A stretch of DNA of 64,000 bases from Pirellulales bacterium (GTDB lineage: Bacteria; Planctomycetota; Planctomycetia; Pirellulales; JAICIG01), in contig JBBDYJ010000028.1 of the NCBI GenBank assembly GCA_040901675.1, positions 3,336 to 67,335 of the forward strand, in the 5' to 3' direction. The notes under the pieces are model-generated. The model was given only the letters and a program-made list of their open reading frames with translations, was not told the DNA's origin and did not search any database. Positions 1 through 9,905 of the stretch are shown here, in pieces. Position 1 is the first letter of the stretch. Each line of letters opens with the position of its first letter. The translations under genes were made by a program, and so were the position numbers.

Positions 1-420
1 TCTTGGTTTCCCAGACCGGCTTCACGGAGGTGTAGCAGAGCTCCTTGGTCTTGGTTTCCCAGACCGGCTTCACGGAGGTGTAGCAGAGCTCCTTGGTCTT
101 GGTCTCCCAGACGGGCTTGCAGACCGTGTAGCAGAGCTCCTTGGTGCGGGTCTCGTAGACGGGTTTCATGGAGGTGTAGCAGAGTTCCTTGGTCTTCGTC
201 TCCCAGACGGGCTTCACGGCGGTGTAGCAGAGTTCCTTGGTCTTGGTCTCATAAACCGGCTTCGTGAGCGTGTAGCAGAGTTCCTTGGTCTTGGTTTCCC
301 AGACCGGCTTGCAGACCGTGTAGCAGATCTCCTTGGTGCGGGTCTCATAGACCGGCTTGCAGACCGTGTAGTTCACCGTCCGGTACTTGGTTTCCCATAC
401 CGGCCTGGCGACCGTATACT
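1..420 (-). repeat. 48-bp (16-aa) coding tandem repeat, about 8-9 copies in window
   Basis: Unit tcttggtttcccagaccggcttcacggaggtgtagcagagctccttgg recurs with period 48. Confidence 0.95.
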
Positions 421-715
421 CGCAGTCGCGGTAGGCCGTCTCTTTGACGTAGTTCAGGCAGGCCACTTGCCTGTCTTCGCAGACGGTCTCGTAGACCGTC
501 TTGTAGCACGTGTAGTCCTGTTTTTCGTAGACCACCTGCCTGCAGGTCTTCATGACCGTATGACACTGCTGCTTCGAGCGGGCATAGTCGGCCGTGTCGC
601 AACTCCGATTGCAACACTTGTACCTGGCCGCGCCGCAGTAGCCGGCGGCGGCCGGGTTGACCGATGCCGCTGCCAAAAGCACAGCGAGTATCGGCACTCC
701 CAGAAGAGCTTTCAT
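1..715 (-). CDS. Secreted Cys-rich YTV-repeat protein (planctomycete envelope protein), 3' end outside window
   Basis: ATG at 715 after GAGGAGGAGG RBS; signal peptide MKALLGVPILAVLLAAASVNPAAA; repeats of YT(V/S)(C/V)KPV(W/Y)ETKTKELC. Missing from the ORF track because it runs off the edge. Confidence 0.85.
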   Translation of the reverse strand, partial: MKALLGVPILAVLLAAASVNPAAAGYCGAARYKCCNRSCDTADYARSKQQCHTVMKTCRQVVYEKQDYTCYKTVYETVCEDRQVACLNYVKETAYRDCEYTVARPVWETKYRTVNYTVCKPVYETRTKEICYTVCKPVWETKTKELCYTLTKPVYETKTKELCYTAVKPVWETKTKELCYTSMKPVYETRTKELCYTVCKPVWETKTKELCYTSVKPVWETKTKELCYTSVKPVWETK

Positions 716-1282
716 GTTCCTCCTCCTCAGGAAACTCATCAAATGGTTTGGGCCTGGTCCGGCGAGCATGCTCGCCTATGGATGTTTCGGCCAGCGCACT
801 CCATGTGCGTTAACTCGGTTGCCCAAATTGCACTTCCGCGCGGTTCGCCCCCGAAGCCGCAGTCTGTGCAAACCGGCCAAGAGCCTGGTCGTATGCCACT
901 CCTATCGTCAACACGGGTGGTTTGCTTGATCTAGAGGGGACAAATCGGAGGCGCGCTTGGCGAAGGGGGCCTCGCCGGGGCGGAATGGGGCGGTTGGACC
1001 AGCCGGCCGGTTCCTAAGTGCCGCAGCGCGTGCGAGTTAATTAACGGTTACGCCTGCCGGCTCCGGTTGCGCGGCCTGGCATACGCAGCGCCGGTGCCGT
1101 GGAGCGCGAAGCCGCAACGCTGACAAGTTTGCGAACCTGCGCAAGCGCGGCGCCAAGCCCGGAGGCGGGAATTGACACCCGAGCCTGCTAAGGGCCGGTG
1201 GCTTCTTGACCGTTTCTGAATCGCAACCTAGTTAACTTAAGGGACGGCAATCCAGCGCTCGGGCGCCAACAGGAACCAGTCA

Positions 1283-1744
1283 ATGAGCATCCCAAAGCGT
1301 CGCCGCGAGGCATTCACCCTCATCGAGGTGCTGATCGTGGTCGTGATCATGGCCGTGCTGGCCGCCACGATTATCCCGCAGTTCTCGTCGTCGACGAAGG
1401 ACGCCCGGGAGAGCGCGTTGAGGTTCAACCTGCACGCCCTGCGAAGCCAGGTCGAGCTTTACAAGCTGCATCACTCCGGGGCCGTGCCGACGATCAGCGG
1501 CGGCGCGCTTCCGCAATTGACCTCGGCCACCGACGCCAGCGGCGCCGTGGGAGCCCCCGGGCCCAGCTTCCCTTATGGGCCGTACATGCTGAACGGACTG
1601 CCGACGAACCCGATTACCGGCAGCAGCACGGTGACGGCGACGGCCTCGTTTCCTCCGACAGCCGCCAGCGGCAACGGGGGCTGGCTGTACCATGAAGCGA
1701 CCGGGCAGATTGCCGCGGACACCGCGGAATGCCTGACCTGGTAG
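1283..1744 (+). CDS. Type IV pilin / T2SS pseudopilin (GspG-like) with prepilin N-methylation motif
   Basis: RRREA|FTLIEVLIVVVIMAVLAATIIPQF class III signal. Confidence 0.9.
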   Translation: MSIPKRRREAFTLIEVLIVVVIMAVLAATIIPQFSSSTKDARESALRFNLHALRSQVELYKLHHSGAVPTISGGALPQLTSATDASGAVGAPGPSFPYGPYMLNGLPTNPITGSSTVTATASFPPTAASGNGGWLYHEATGQIAADTAECLTW

Positions 1745-1875
1745 CCCACGGCGTGCCGCATACGGCCCTGGCGGCGCGGCCCCCTTGTGAACGCGGTGGG
1801 CTTGTTTTAGAGTGCTTTGATCTAATGATCTAATGCCGGCGTTGGGATGCACCGTGGAAATCCCTTCCAAGCGCC

Positions 1876-2652
1876 ATGAGTGATCCCAAGAGCAAACCAG
1901 CCGTTCCCGTGTCCGAAGTCTCAGTGCCCAAAGCGGTTGTGAGCCGACTCAGCCTGTATCTGCGGGAGCTGGGCCACTTTGTGCGGGACGGCCAGGAGAC
2001 GATCAGTTCCAACCAGTTGGGCCGGGTGCTGGGGTTCACCGATGCCCAGGTGCGTAAGGATCTGGCCTATTTCGGCCACTTCGGTTATCCGGGCATCGGT
2101 TACCGCTGCGACGAGTTGATTGCCGCGGTGAAGAAAATCCTGGGCACCGATCAGCAATGGCCGGCGGCGCTGGTGGGCGCGGGCAACCTGGGGCGGGCGC
2201 TCTTGGGGTACAAGGGCTTTCAGCAGCGTGGTTTCCGCATCGTGGCGGCTTTCGACACCGAGAGCTCGAAGATCGGCTCGCGCGTGGAAGGCGTCGAGGT
2301 GTATCACCTGGACCGGCTGCCGCAGATCGCCAAGGCGCAGCAGGTCCGGCTGGGAATGATCGCCGTTCCGGCCGTGGCGGCCCAGATGGTTGCCGACCGG
2401 CTGGTGGCGGTAGGGGTGGAAGGCATCCTCAACTTCGCTCCGGTGACCATCACGGTGCCGCCCTCGGTAAGCCAGGTGGGCGTCGACCTGGCGATCGAGC
2501 TGGAGCAGCTTTCGTTCTCGGTGGTCAATCGATCGGACACCGAGCAGCGGCAGCCGACGCCCGATCCGCTGCCGCGGGGCGGCACGTCGGACGCGCAAAC
2601 GCCTGGCGGCGGCTCATCGGGCGGCGACGTCCAAACTCCGCTGACCGATTAG
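1876..2652 (+). CDS. rex: Redox-sensing transcriptional repressor Rex
   Basis: RLSLYLREL, QVRKDLAYFG..G..GIGY, VGAGNLGRAL, GILNFAP. Confidence 0.96.
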   Translation: MSDPKSKPAVPVSEVSVPKAVVSRLSLYLRELGHFVRDGQETISSNQLGRVLGFTDAQVRKDLAYFGHFGYPGIGYRCDELIAAVKKILGTDQQWPAALVGAGNLGRALLGYKGFQQRGFRIVAAFDTESSKIGSRVEGVEVYHLDRLPQIAKAQQVRLGMIAVPAVAAQMVADRLVAVGVEGILNFAPVTITVPPSVSQVGVDLAIELEQLSFSVVNRSDTEQRQPTPDPLPRGGTSDAQTPGGGSSGGDVQTPLTD

Positions 2653-2945
2653 ACCACCTGCCGCGTCGCCGCCTGGGTCTGCGCCCCGCGGACCGCCCCA
2701 TGCCCGGCCCATCATCGTGGCGCCCGCGACGCCAAGATCGCGCTTCAGCGTTGCATGGTCCTGGTTCATCAGCGTGGCGTGGATGGCCTGAGAATGAGAG
2801 AGCGCTGCGGCCGGTTGTGCTGGTGGCCGCTCGGCTTGCCGGGGATTGTGGCGGGGCGCAGCCAACGGCTATGATAACGGCAGCAAAAGGGCAGGCTCGC
2901 GTCAGAGGGGCGTGGGGCGGCGAACGCCTGCGAAAAGGGGCATCC

Positions 2946-3016
2946 TACCCGGTGGTGTAATGGTAACACTAGGGACTTTGGCTCCCTCATTCTAGGTTCG
3001 AGTCCTAGCCGGGTAG
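2946..3016 (+). tRNA. tRNA-Gln(TTG)
   Basis: Acceptor TACCCGG/CCGGGTA, anticodon arm AGGGA-CT TTG GC-TCCCT, T arm CTAGG TTCGAGT CCTAG; CCA not encoded. Confidence 0.96.
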
Positions 3017-3090
3017 CTCTTGCCTGAGGGGCGATCGGCGGCCCGCGGATTCGGTTGCCGGCCGCCCCCATGCTTGTCACCATACATCAA

Positions 3091-3546
3091 CTAGCGCTCC
3101 GGCCGGGCGGCCTCGTCGAGGACCGCTTGGCGCTCGGCCTCCCAGCGGATAGCGGAGCGAATGGCCTCCGAGGAGGAGGGCAGCCCCGCGGCGCATCGTA
3201 TGGTGCCGACGCGCTTGAAATCGCGGGTGCGCATGTAGACGGTCCTGCGCGACCAGGAATGGTCGGGCGTGGAACTGCGCGTGCGCTTCCGCGGCGGGCA
3301 GCGCTGTCCGGCTTCTTGCCAGTGCTCGGCAAAGTTCTTGACCGCCACGCGAACGACATGGCTCGCGCTGGTGCTCATGTAGAGATCCAGCAGGTAATGG
3401 ATGCGTGCCAGATCGTCGGGCCGAATGAGAAGGTTGACCTTTCGTAAGCGCCCGCCCCCCCGCCGGCCTCTGAATCTCAGGCTCTTCTCGACCATGTCTA
3501 GATTAGAATTGCAAGTCACGTGCCGCCGTTTCTTAATCGGCACCAT
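3091..3546 (-). CDS. Hypothetical protein with two tandem ribbon-helix-helix-like repeats (start uncertain)
   Basis: KVNLLIRPDDLARI...SASHVVRVAV and RRTVYMRTRDFKRV...SSSEAIRSAI. Confidence 0.55.
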   Translation of the reverse strand: MVPIKKRRHVTCNSNLDMVEKSLRFRGRRGGGRLRKVNLLIRPDDLARIHYLLDLYMSTSASHVVRVAVKNFAEHWQEAGQRCPPRKRTRSSTPDHSWSRRTVYMRTRDFKRVGTIRCAAGLPSSSEAIRSAIRWEAERQAVLDEAARPER

Positions 3547-3656
3547 GACGCAAGTCCGTTGGCTGGGCCAGTTAAACCGAGACCTGGACGAGCCGGACCG
3601 GGAGCTACCGGGGGCGCAAAACAGTCCAATCAGGGCAAAAATCCGCCGGGGCGATC

Positions 3657-5666
3657 CTAAGCGGCACGCTGGCCGCTCTGGGCCGGGCGGCGGCCTTGGG
3701 CATCGTATCCCCAGCGGTCGAAGAGCGCGCGCAGCGCGGCGTACACGCGCTGGCTCGTCGCCGGGTCGAGCGGCTGGAAGCGGTTCTTCTGGTAGCCGGC
3801 CAGGCCTTCCAGGTAAGCGGCCAAACGACGGCGGAACGACTCGTCAATGGGCAACTCCAACTGCTGATAGATCCGGTCGATCTCGGCCTGGGGATCTTTT
3901 TCCAGATCCTCGAAGCAAACCTCCGCGAGACGATTGGCGGGCAGACGCCGCGCCTGGTCGTAAAAGGCTTGCTCCATCGCCAGGTAATTGCCGAGGAACC
4001 GGGCCGCATAGCCGGTCCGCTCGTCGGGGTCCTGAAGCTGGTACATGCAGTGCCCTTCGCGGTGCATGTGGAGGTTCGAGCGGTAGACGGCGTAGGGCTG
4101 GCGGTGGATGTGGATGAACCTGGCACGCGGGAACAACTGGCACAACAGATCGACGCGGGCGGTGTGGTAGGGATTCTTGAGCAAGAGCTGCTTGCCGGAC
4201 CAGAAGGTCAAGGCTCGCAGAAAACGCAGGTAATGCCGCTTCCAGGCAGCCAGTTCGGCCGGGGTGAAGTCGGCAGGATGGATGGCGCGGTCATAGTCGG
4301 CTGTTTGCAGCGGGAAGGTGAGCCCCCAATACGGCGATTGCCTTGTCATTCCGGCCAGGGCGAACTCGTCCTCCTGCGGGGCCAACACCGAGAAGCGGAC
4401 GCCGTCCATCGGCCGCTTCCAAGGCGAGAAAACCGCCACGAGCGGCACAAACAGCCAGCCCGACAACAGGAAACCAAAGGGGTTCATCACCTGGTATGTC
4501 AGCGGCGTGACGAAACGCCCGTCGAGCGAGATCAGGTTCTGCAAGTGGGTGGTGCCGCTGCGATGCACACCCACGATGAATAGCGGGTCGGGCACGTCAC
4601 GGCCTTTTAGCAGCCAGGGCAGCAGCAAGCGCTCCGGCAGCGAGAGCAGCGTGTTCATCGAGGAGAAGACCAGGATGGCCAGCAGCCGCGGCAGATACGC
4701 CAGCCCGATCCGAAAGCGGGCCTGCCATAAGCGGGCAATCCAGAGGTCCAGGGGCGCGAGCAGACAGAGATTGGAAAAGGGAGCAACTCGCTTGAAGCTT
4801 GTGGCGATCGATTCGCCGGCTGCCAGCGGCACGGACCGGTTGCGGCCGGTCCACACGGCCCAGGCGATGGCGGCCGCCAGCAGCGCCCATACCACGGGTG
4901 ATTGCCGCGGGTCGCCGGAGGGTGCCAGCCAATCGGCAACTTGTGGATCGGCTACCGATAAGAGACCGGTCTTACGGATCAAGCGGCGGGCAAACACCCA
5001 GCCGGCCAAGAGACCGGACGGAACCAGAATGGTGTTGTTGCGGATACGCAGCGCCGCGAGCAGGGCGGCAATCAAGAACATGCCCACCACCAGCGGATAG
5101 CCCGACGCGGACAGCAGCGCGGCAGGGTCGCCCAGCTTGCTGGCTATTGCAAACAGCGCGGCCACCAGCAAGGCGCCGACCCATTTATTCCTGAACAGGC
5201 TGAGCAGGTATCCGCTGAAGATGACTTGCTGTGAAAGGGCCAGTGGTAGGGCGGTCATGCCGCCCAACACGGCCATGGTCCAGCGGTAGGCGGACGGTTG
5301 CGGCACCAGGGCAAGTGCCCCCACTGCCACGGCCAGCAGGCATAGGGCCGCGTAAGAAGCCACGCCCAGGGCAAGTGCGCCGAACCATTGTCGCCGCCAT
5401 TGTTCGCCGACGACGAGTCCGTAGTCGGCTGCGGGCCTGCGGTCGGCGGCCATGATGGCCAGCAGGCAGACGACGGCCAGCAGCAGGAGCACGGCGCGGC
5501 CGGCTTTGCTTTGGGAAAGGATGTCGAAGTCGAGTCCGATCAGCCAGGCCGCGCCCTGGATGGCGGCAGCCGAGAGGACCACGGCAGCCAGCCAGACGAG
5601 CAGCTTTGCCCAGGCCGGATAGGCGGCAAAGCGCCGCATGGAGCCGCCGAACCCATCGAGAGCCAT
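3657..5666 (-). CDS. Fusion: CPBP/Abi (CAAX protease)-like membrane domain + PAPS-dependent sulfotransferase
   Basis: About 8 TM helices, then PLFIVGVHRSGTTHL 5'-PSB loop, LLLKNPYHTAR, FIHIHRQPYAVYRS, FEDLEKDP. Confidence 0.8.
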   Translation of the reverse strand: MALDGFGGSMRRFAAYPAWAKLLVWLAAVVLSAAAIQGAAWLIGLDFDILSQSKAGRAVLLLLAVVCLLAIMAADRRPAADYGLVVGEQWRRQWFGALALGVASYAALCLLAVAVGALALVPQPSAYRWTMAVLGGMTALPLALSQQVIFSGYLLSLFRNKWVGALLVAALFAIASKLGDPAALLSASGYPLVVGMFLIAALLAALRIRNNTILVPSGLLAGWVFARRLIRKTGLLSVADPQVADWLAPSGDPRQSPVVWALLAAAIAWAVWTGRNRSVPLAAGESIATSFKRVAPFSNLCLLAPLDLWIARLWQARFRIGLAYLPRLLAILVFSSMNTLLSLPERLLLPWLLKGRDVPDPLFIVGVHRSGTTHLQNLISLDGRFVTPLTYQVMNPFGFLLSGWLFVPLVAVFSPWKRPMDGVRFSVLAPQEDEFALAGMTRQSPYWGLTFPLQTADYDRAIHPADFTPAELAAWKRHYLRFLRALTFWSGKQLLLKNPYHTARVDLLCQLFPRARFIHIHRQPYAVYRSNLHMHREGHCMYQLQDPDERTGYAARFLGNYLAMEQAFYDQARRLPANRLAEVCFEDLEKDPQAEIDRIYQQLELPIDESFRRRLAAYLEGLAGYQKNRFQPLDPATSQRVYAALRALFDRWGYDAQGRRPAQSGQRAA

Positions 5667-6037
5667 CGCCGCGCCTCCTTGCGAAGCGTCCGTCCTGCGC
5701 CCCAGGCATATTCCCTACGGGGAGCAGGCTTGACCAGACCAGCGCGACCCATCTGACAGGCCGGCCGATTTACGGTGTGGACCGACAAATAACCCAACCG
5801 CCAAGCGCCGTCGCTCGATACCACCATTAGCGTAGGAGCGTCGGAATCCCAATAGCGGAAATCATAAGGACTCGTTTCGCAGGGCACCGGCTGGCCGCAC
5901 GAGCCGGTCGACGTAACCGTCTGGCAGCGTTCGTCTTGACCCAGTTGCACCCAACGGCTATTTTCCCTCGCCTTGAATAGGCCAATTCGCAGACGCGGGC
6001 GCCTTTCGAGCACACCTGGGACGATGCTCTTTGCCCC

Positions 6038-7360
6038 ATGAACACTTGCTGGCTTATCGCCTGGATCCCCATCGCAGTCTTTGCCTTGGTCCAATCGGCG
6101 TTGATGGTTCTGCACCTGTATGAGCATCACCGCTTTGCGCGAGGCCGGATTGCCAAGCCTCGCGAAATCGAGAATCCGCGCCGCGTCGCGGTGTTCGCTC
6201 CGTGCAAGGGGCTCGATTTGGAGCTGGAAGACAACCTGCGGCCGCTCTTGGAGCAAGACTATCCGGATTACCAGGTCACGTTTATCGTGCAGGGCCCGGA
6301 CGATCCCGCCTGCCGAGCGATTCGCCGGTTGATCGACGAACATCCGCGTGTGGCGGCACGGCTGCTGGTGGCCGGCAACGCGGTCGACACGGGCCAGAAG
6401 GTGCACAACCTGCTCGTGGCCACGCGGCAGTTGGACCGCGAGGTGGAGATTCTGGCCTTCGTCGATTCGGATGCCCGCCCCCGCCGTGATTGGTTGCGGC
6501 AGTTGGTGCAACGGCTCGACCGGCCGGGGGTGGGAGCGGCCACGGGCTATCGCTGGTTCGTCCCCGTGCGGGCCAGGCAGGCCAACTACCTACTGCACAA
6601 CATCAACAGTTGCGTGGCCGGCATGCTGGGACCGGGAGGGCACCACCTGGTATGGGGCGGCTCGTGGGCCATTCGACGCGACGTCTTCGAAGCGATGGGC
6701 CTGGGCGAAGCCTGGCGGCGGACGCTGAGCGACGACCTGGTGGCCGCGCGGCTGCTGCACGAGAACCAGATGTTCGTCGAGTTCGAGCCGGCTTGCATGC
6801 TGGCTTCGCCGCTGGATCACACCTGGCGGCAAACGCTGACTTTTCTGCGGCGGCAATACATGTTGGCCCGAGTCTATGTGCCGCGCTGGTGGTTGTTGGG
6901 CTTCACCGGCACCAGCGTGGCCATGCTGGCCTTCTGGGGCGGTTTGGTGCTGACGGCAGGCGGCTTGGTGAGCGGTGCAAGCTGGACTGGGATCCCCGCG
7001 ATGATTTCGCTGGCGTACTACGTCTTGAGCATCGTTCACTCGCTGATGCGTCAGCGCCTGGCGACGCTTTACGCCAGCGACCACGCCGCCGCGGTTTCGG
7101 CCGCGGTCCGCTGGGGCGCTTGGATCGGGCCGATAGCCGGACTGGCCAACTGGCTGGTGATGGTCAGCTCGCTGGTGGGCAGGCGCTTGACCTGGCGCGG
7201 GATCACCTACCGCCTGGGACGAGGAGGCCGCGTGCGGCTGGTCCGCCGGCTCGACGCAGCCGCGAAAACCGGCGAGCCGCTCGTCATGCGGCGGGCCGCC
7301 GTCTCGCCGCCCTGCCCCAAGGCACCTCGATTACTGGCTGAGAGCTCGATGTTTTTCTAA
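6038..7360 (+). CDS. GT2/GT21 glycosyltransferase (ceramide glucosyltransferase/HpnI-like)
   Basis: PCKG, GQKVHNL, FVDSD, WGGSWAIRR, LSDD, FLRRQ, final WRGITY. Confidence 0.88.
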   Translation: MNTCWLIAWIPIAVFALVQSALMVLHLYEHHRFARGRIAKPREIENPRRVAVFAPCKGLDLELEDNLRPLLEQDYPDYQVTFIVQGPDDPACRAIRRLIDEHPRVAARLLVAGNAVDTGQKVHNLLVATRQLDREVEILAFVDSDARPRRDWLRQLVQRLDRPGVGAATGYRWFVPVRARQANYLLHNINSCVAGMLGPGGHHLVWGGSWAIRRDVFEAMGLGEAWRRTLSDDLVAARLLHENQMFVEFEPACMLASPLDHTWRQTLTFLRRQYMLARVYVPRWWLLGFTGTSVAMLAFWGGLVLTAGGLVSGASWTGIPAMISLAYYVLSIVHSLMRQRLATLYASDHAAAVSAAVRWGAWIGPIAGLANWLVMVSSLVGRRLTWRGITYRLGRGGRVRLVRRLDAAAKTGEPLVMRRAAVSPPCPKAPRLLAESSMFF

Positions 7361-7380
7361 CCGGCGATGGGGCGAGACGC

Positions 7381-9684
7381 TCAATCCCCCCTGCGCAGAT
7401 ACTCATCCGTGGCCAGCAGGCTGGTGGTCAGCTCGTCGAGGAAGCTGCCGTTGACGGGCCGGTTCAGCCAGAAATCGCGGCCTTCGGGGTCAGCCGCCCG
7501 CCCTAGCAGCTCGCTGTACAAACGGTCGACGGCCATGGCCCGGCCGGACTCGGTTTCGAACAGCTTGAAGATGACTGCCAATCGCTCGGTGCCCGCATCG
7601 AGAGTCGACCGCCAGAATTCCATGCCGGGCGGGTCCGGGAGCGTGTCGGCCAGTTGGTCGTAGGCGGCCGTCAAGAAGGCGTCGTTGTCGCTGCCGTGCA
7701 AACGGAAATATTCGGGCGAGTTGACAAACCCGGCGGCAATCATTTCCTGCGGCTCGCCGCCATTGAGCCGGTCGATCCAATAGGTCACGCCCTGCTCTTC
7801 TCCCTCGCGGTTGAGGAACTCCTGGTAAAAGCTCTGAACCAACTGTGCTCGCGGTTCGAACGTGGCACGGAAACGGCGGGCCACTTCCTCGCGGCCGGCG
7901 CCGTCGCGGAGCTGCTGATACCAGAACTGCGCGTCGGACTGGCTGGGCGTTCGACCCAACAGATCGTTGAACAACTTGACAACGAACCGATGGTCTTCGC
8001 TCTCAAGTTCCACGGTCACCACGTTGCCGCTCGCGACTCCGGCGCGTGCCTGGTAGGTGAAGCTGTCCAGGCCGTCAAAGTTCGGGCCGGGCGTGTATGT
8101 AAAGGAGCCGTCGGCGTTGAGCAGCAGCGCGCCCTTCGTCGGTGAACTGACCAGACTCGCGAGCAGCGCGCCGCCCGCGATGTGCGTATCATTGTCCAGA
8201 ATCCCCGGTGCGGGGGCGGTAAAGCTGTCGCCCTGGAATCGGAACTTGTCGGCCACGGCCAAGGGCGCCTCGCTGAAGACGCCGAAATCGAGTGCCGCGA
8301 CGGTTCCGCCGATCGGGATCGTCACTGGATGGTTTCCGGAGGCCGGCGCGGTTTGCTCGGTTTCAGCGGGCGTCACCGCCCGGATCGTGTAATCGCCGGG
8401 TGCCAGCCTGAAGCTATAGCTGCCGTCGGCCGCGGTGGTGGTCGAAGGCTCGCCGGCATCGAGTTGGCTGTTGCCATTGGCGTCCACGAAGATGGTAAAG
8501 CCGGCCAGGCCCGGTTCACCCGGATCGCGGACGGCGTTGCGGTTGAGATCGGCGAACTGGACTCCGCGAGCCGTTCCGTCCCCATCCACGTCCTCGACGA
8601 CAACCAATTGGTTGCCGGCCGTCACCAAGGGAGTGCCGGCGGTGATTGGCACGGCCGTCAGGCCTCGAGCGGCATCGATGTTTTGCGGAACGATCGCATT
8701 GATGACATCGACCACCGTCATGTCGAGCACGCGTCCGAACACGGTAAAGCCGCCGTTTTGCTGATCGAGGTTGGCCGAATTGTCGCCGACGTTGACAAAG
8801 AACTGGCTGGTGGCGCTGTCGGGCTGATCGGCCAGCTTGGCCATGGCGACCGTGCCCCGGGTGTTCGAAAAGCCCGGCTCGTTGACGACCGGGTCGTCGA
8901 CCGGCAGGCTTCCGATCTGCGAGGCGCTCGTGAACTGAATGCTGGTCGTGGTGAATCCGCCTCCCTGCACGACGAAGCCGGGCACGACTCGGTGAATGAT
9001 GGAGTTGACGTAGTCGTCGTCGTTCACGTAGTTGAGAAAGTTGGCTACCGTGAGCGGCGTCTGGCCGGCGAAGAGCTCGATCGGAATCGGCCCCAAGTTG
9101 GTTTCGAGCGTCACGATCGGATTCTGCGGATCGGGCTCGACCTTGGGCAGAAAGCTGATGACGATGTCGTCGCGGTCGTGAATCAGGTAGTCTTCGAAGT
9201 CCTCGCTCGCCACTCCGTTGACGTACATCCGGACCAGGTGCGTGTTGCCTTCGGCGTTGCCCAGGATCTGACTGTCGTTGAAGATGGCATTGGGGTTGTT
9301 GCCGGCCAGGCCCGCGTTGGTTCGCCAGGTGTCGAAAAAGTCGCCCAGGGTGACGAACTCGGTCGGAGACTGACCATTGATCGGGTGGATGTGCAGCACG
9401 CCGCTCGCGTCGTGCGTATGGATGAACGACAGGAACGCGGTCGCGGTCATGCCGATGTTGGCCGGGATTGCCACCTTGGCGCCGTTGACGAAGATCGACA
9501 GTTGCGCGTGAATGTGGTCGTCGAGCGTGTGCCCGGGCGCATGGTCATGTGGTTCTCCGTCGCCGTGCAACAGCCGGCGATGTTCCAGCGACTCAAAGCG
9601 GACGCGTGCGAATGGCTTGCTGCGGCGGACCTTGCCACGCTTGCGGGGCGTGAGCCAACGCAGGCAAGACGAGTAAATCGACAT
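7381..9684 (-). CDS. Multidomain extracellular cyclophilin-type peptidyl-prolyl isomerase (His-rich domain, cyclophilin, SdrD-B, Ig-like, DUF4214-like repeats)
   Basis: FESLEHRRLL motif; TPLTVANFLNYV, HRVVPGFVVQGGG, RGTVAMAK, SATSQFFVN, FTVFG; DxNxN...DxGEP; LLGR..D..G..YW repeats. Confidence 0.88.
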   Translation of the reverse strand: MSIYSSCLRWLTPRKRGKVRRSKPFARVRFESLEHRRLLHGDGEPHDHAPGHTLDDHIHAQLSIFVNGAKVAIPANIGMTATAFLSFIHTHDASGVLHIHPINGQSPTEFVTLGDFFDTWRTNAGLAGNNPNAIFNDSQILGNAEGNTHLVRMYVNGVASEDFEDYLIHDRDDIVISFLPKVEPDPQNPIVTLETNLGPIPIELFAGQTPLTVANFLNYVNDDDYVNSIIHRVVPGFVVQGGGFTTTSIQFTSASQIGSLPVDDPVVNEPGFSNTRGTVAMAKLADQPDSATSQFFVNVGDNSANLDQQNGGFTVFGRVLDMTVVDVINAIVPQNIDAARGLTAVPITAGTPLVTAGNQLVVVEDVDGDGTARGVQFADLNRNAVRDPGEPGLAGFTIFVDANGNSQLDAGEPSTTTAADGSYSFRLAPGDYTIRAVTPAETEQTAPASGNHPVTIPIGGTVAALDFGVFSEAPLAVADKFRFQGDSFTAPAPGILDNDTHIAGGALLASLVSSPTKGALLLNADGSFTYTPGPNFDGLDSFTYQARAGVASGNVVTVELESEDHRFVVKLFNDLLGRTPSQSDAQFWYQQLRDGAGREEVARRFRATFEPRAQLVQSFYQEFLNREGEEQGVTYWIDRLNGGEPQEMIAAGFVNSPEYFRLHGSDNDAFLTAAYDQLADTLPDPPGMEFWRSTLDAGTERLAVIFKLFETESGRAMAVDRLYSELLGRAADPEGRDFWLNRPVNGSFLDELTTSLLATDEYLRRGD

Positions 9685-9905
9685 GCTTGAACGACCCACG
9701 GGATGGAACAAGTGGATTCGGCCCAAAGCCGGTCGGCCTCACCGCCGAGCGGACGGACGCCAGGGCGCCGGCTTTACCTGGTAAACCCGTCGACCGGCGG
9801 GTGCCGGCCGGCTCGACGGGTACCAGTTCTAGTTAACCCGACCGCTACAAGGGCCGCAAGTCTTAGAAGGGCTCGGTTACACCCCATTTGGGGCGCGGCA
9901 GCCGG

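Noticed and set aside
1..420. Possible CRISPR or non-coding repeat
   Set aside because: Period 48 with codon-position variation in an open frame; it is coding
1785..1802. Rex operator upstream of rex
   Set aside because: Only the TTGTGAA half-site is present; the TTCACAA half is missing
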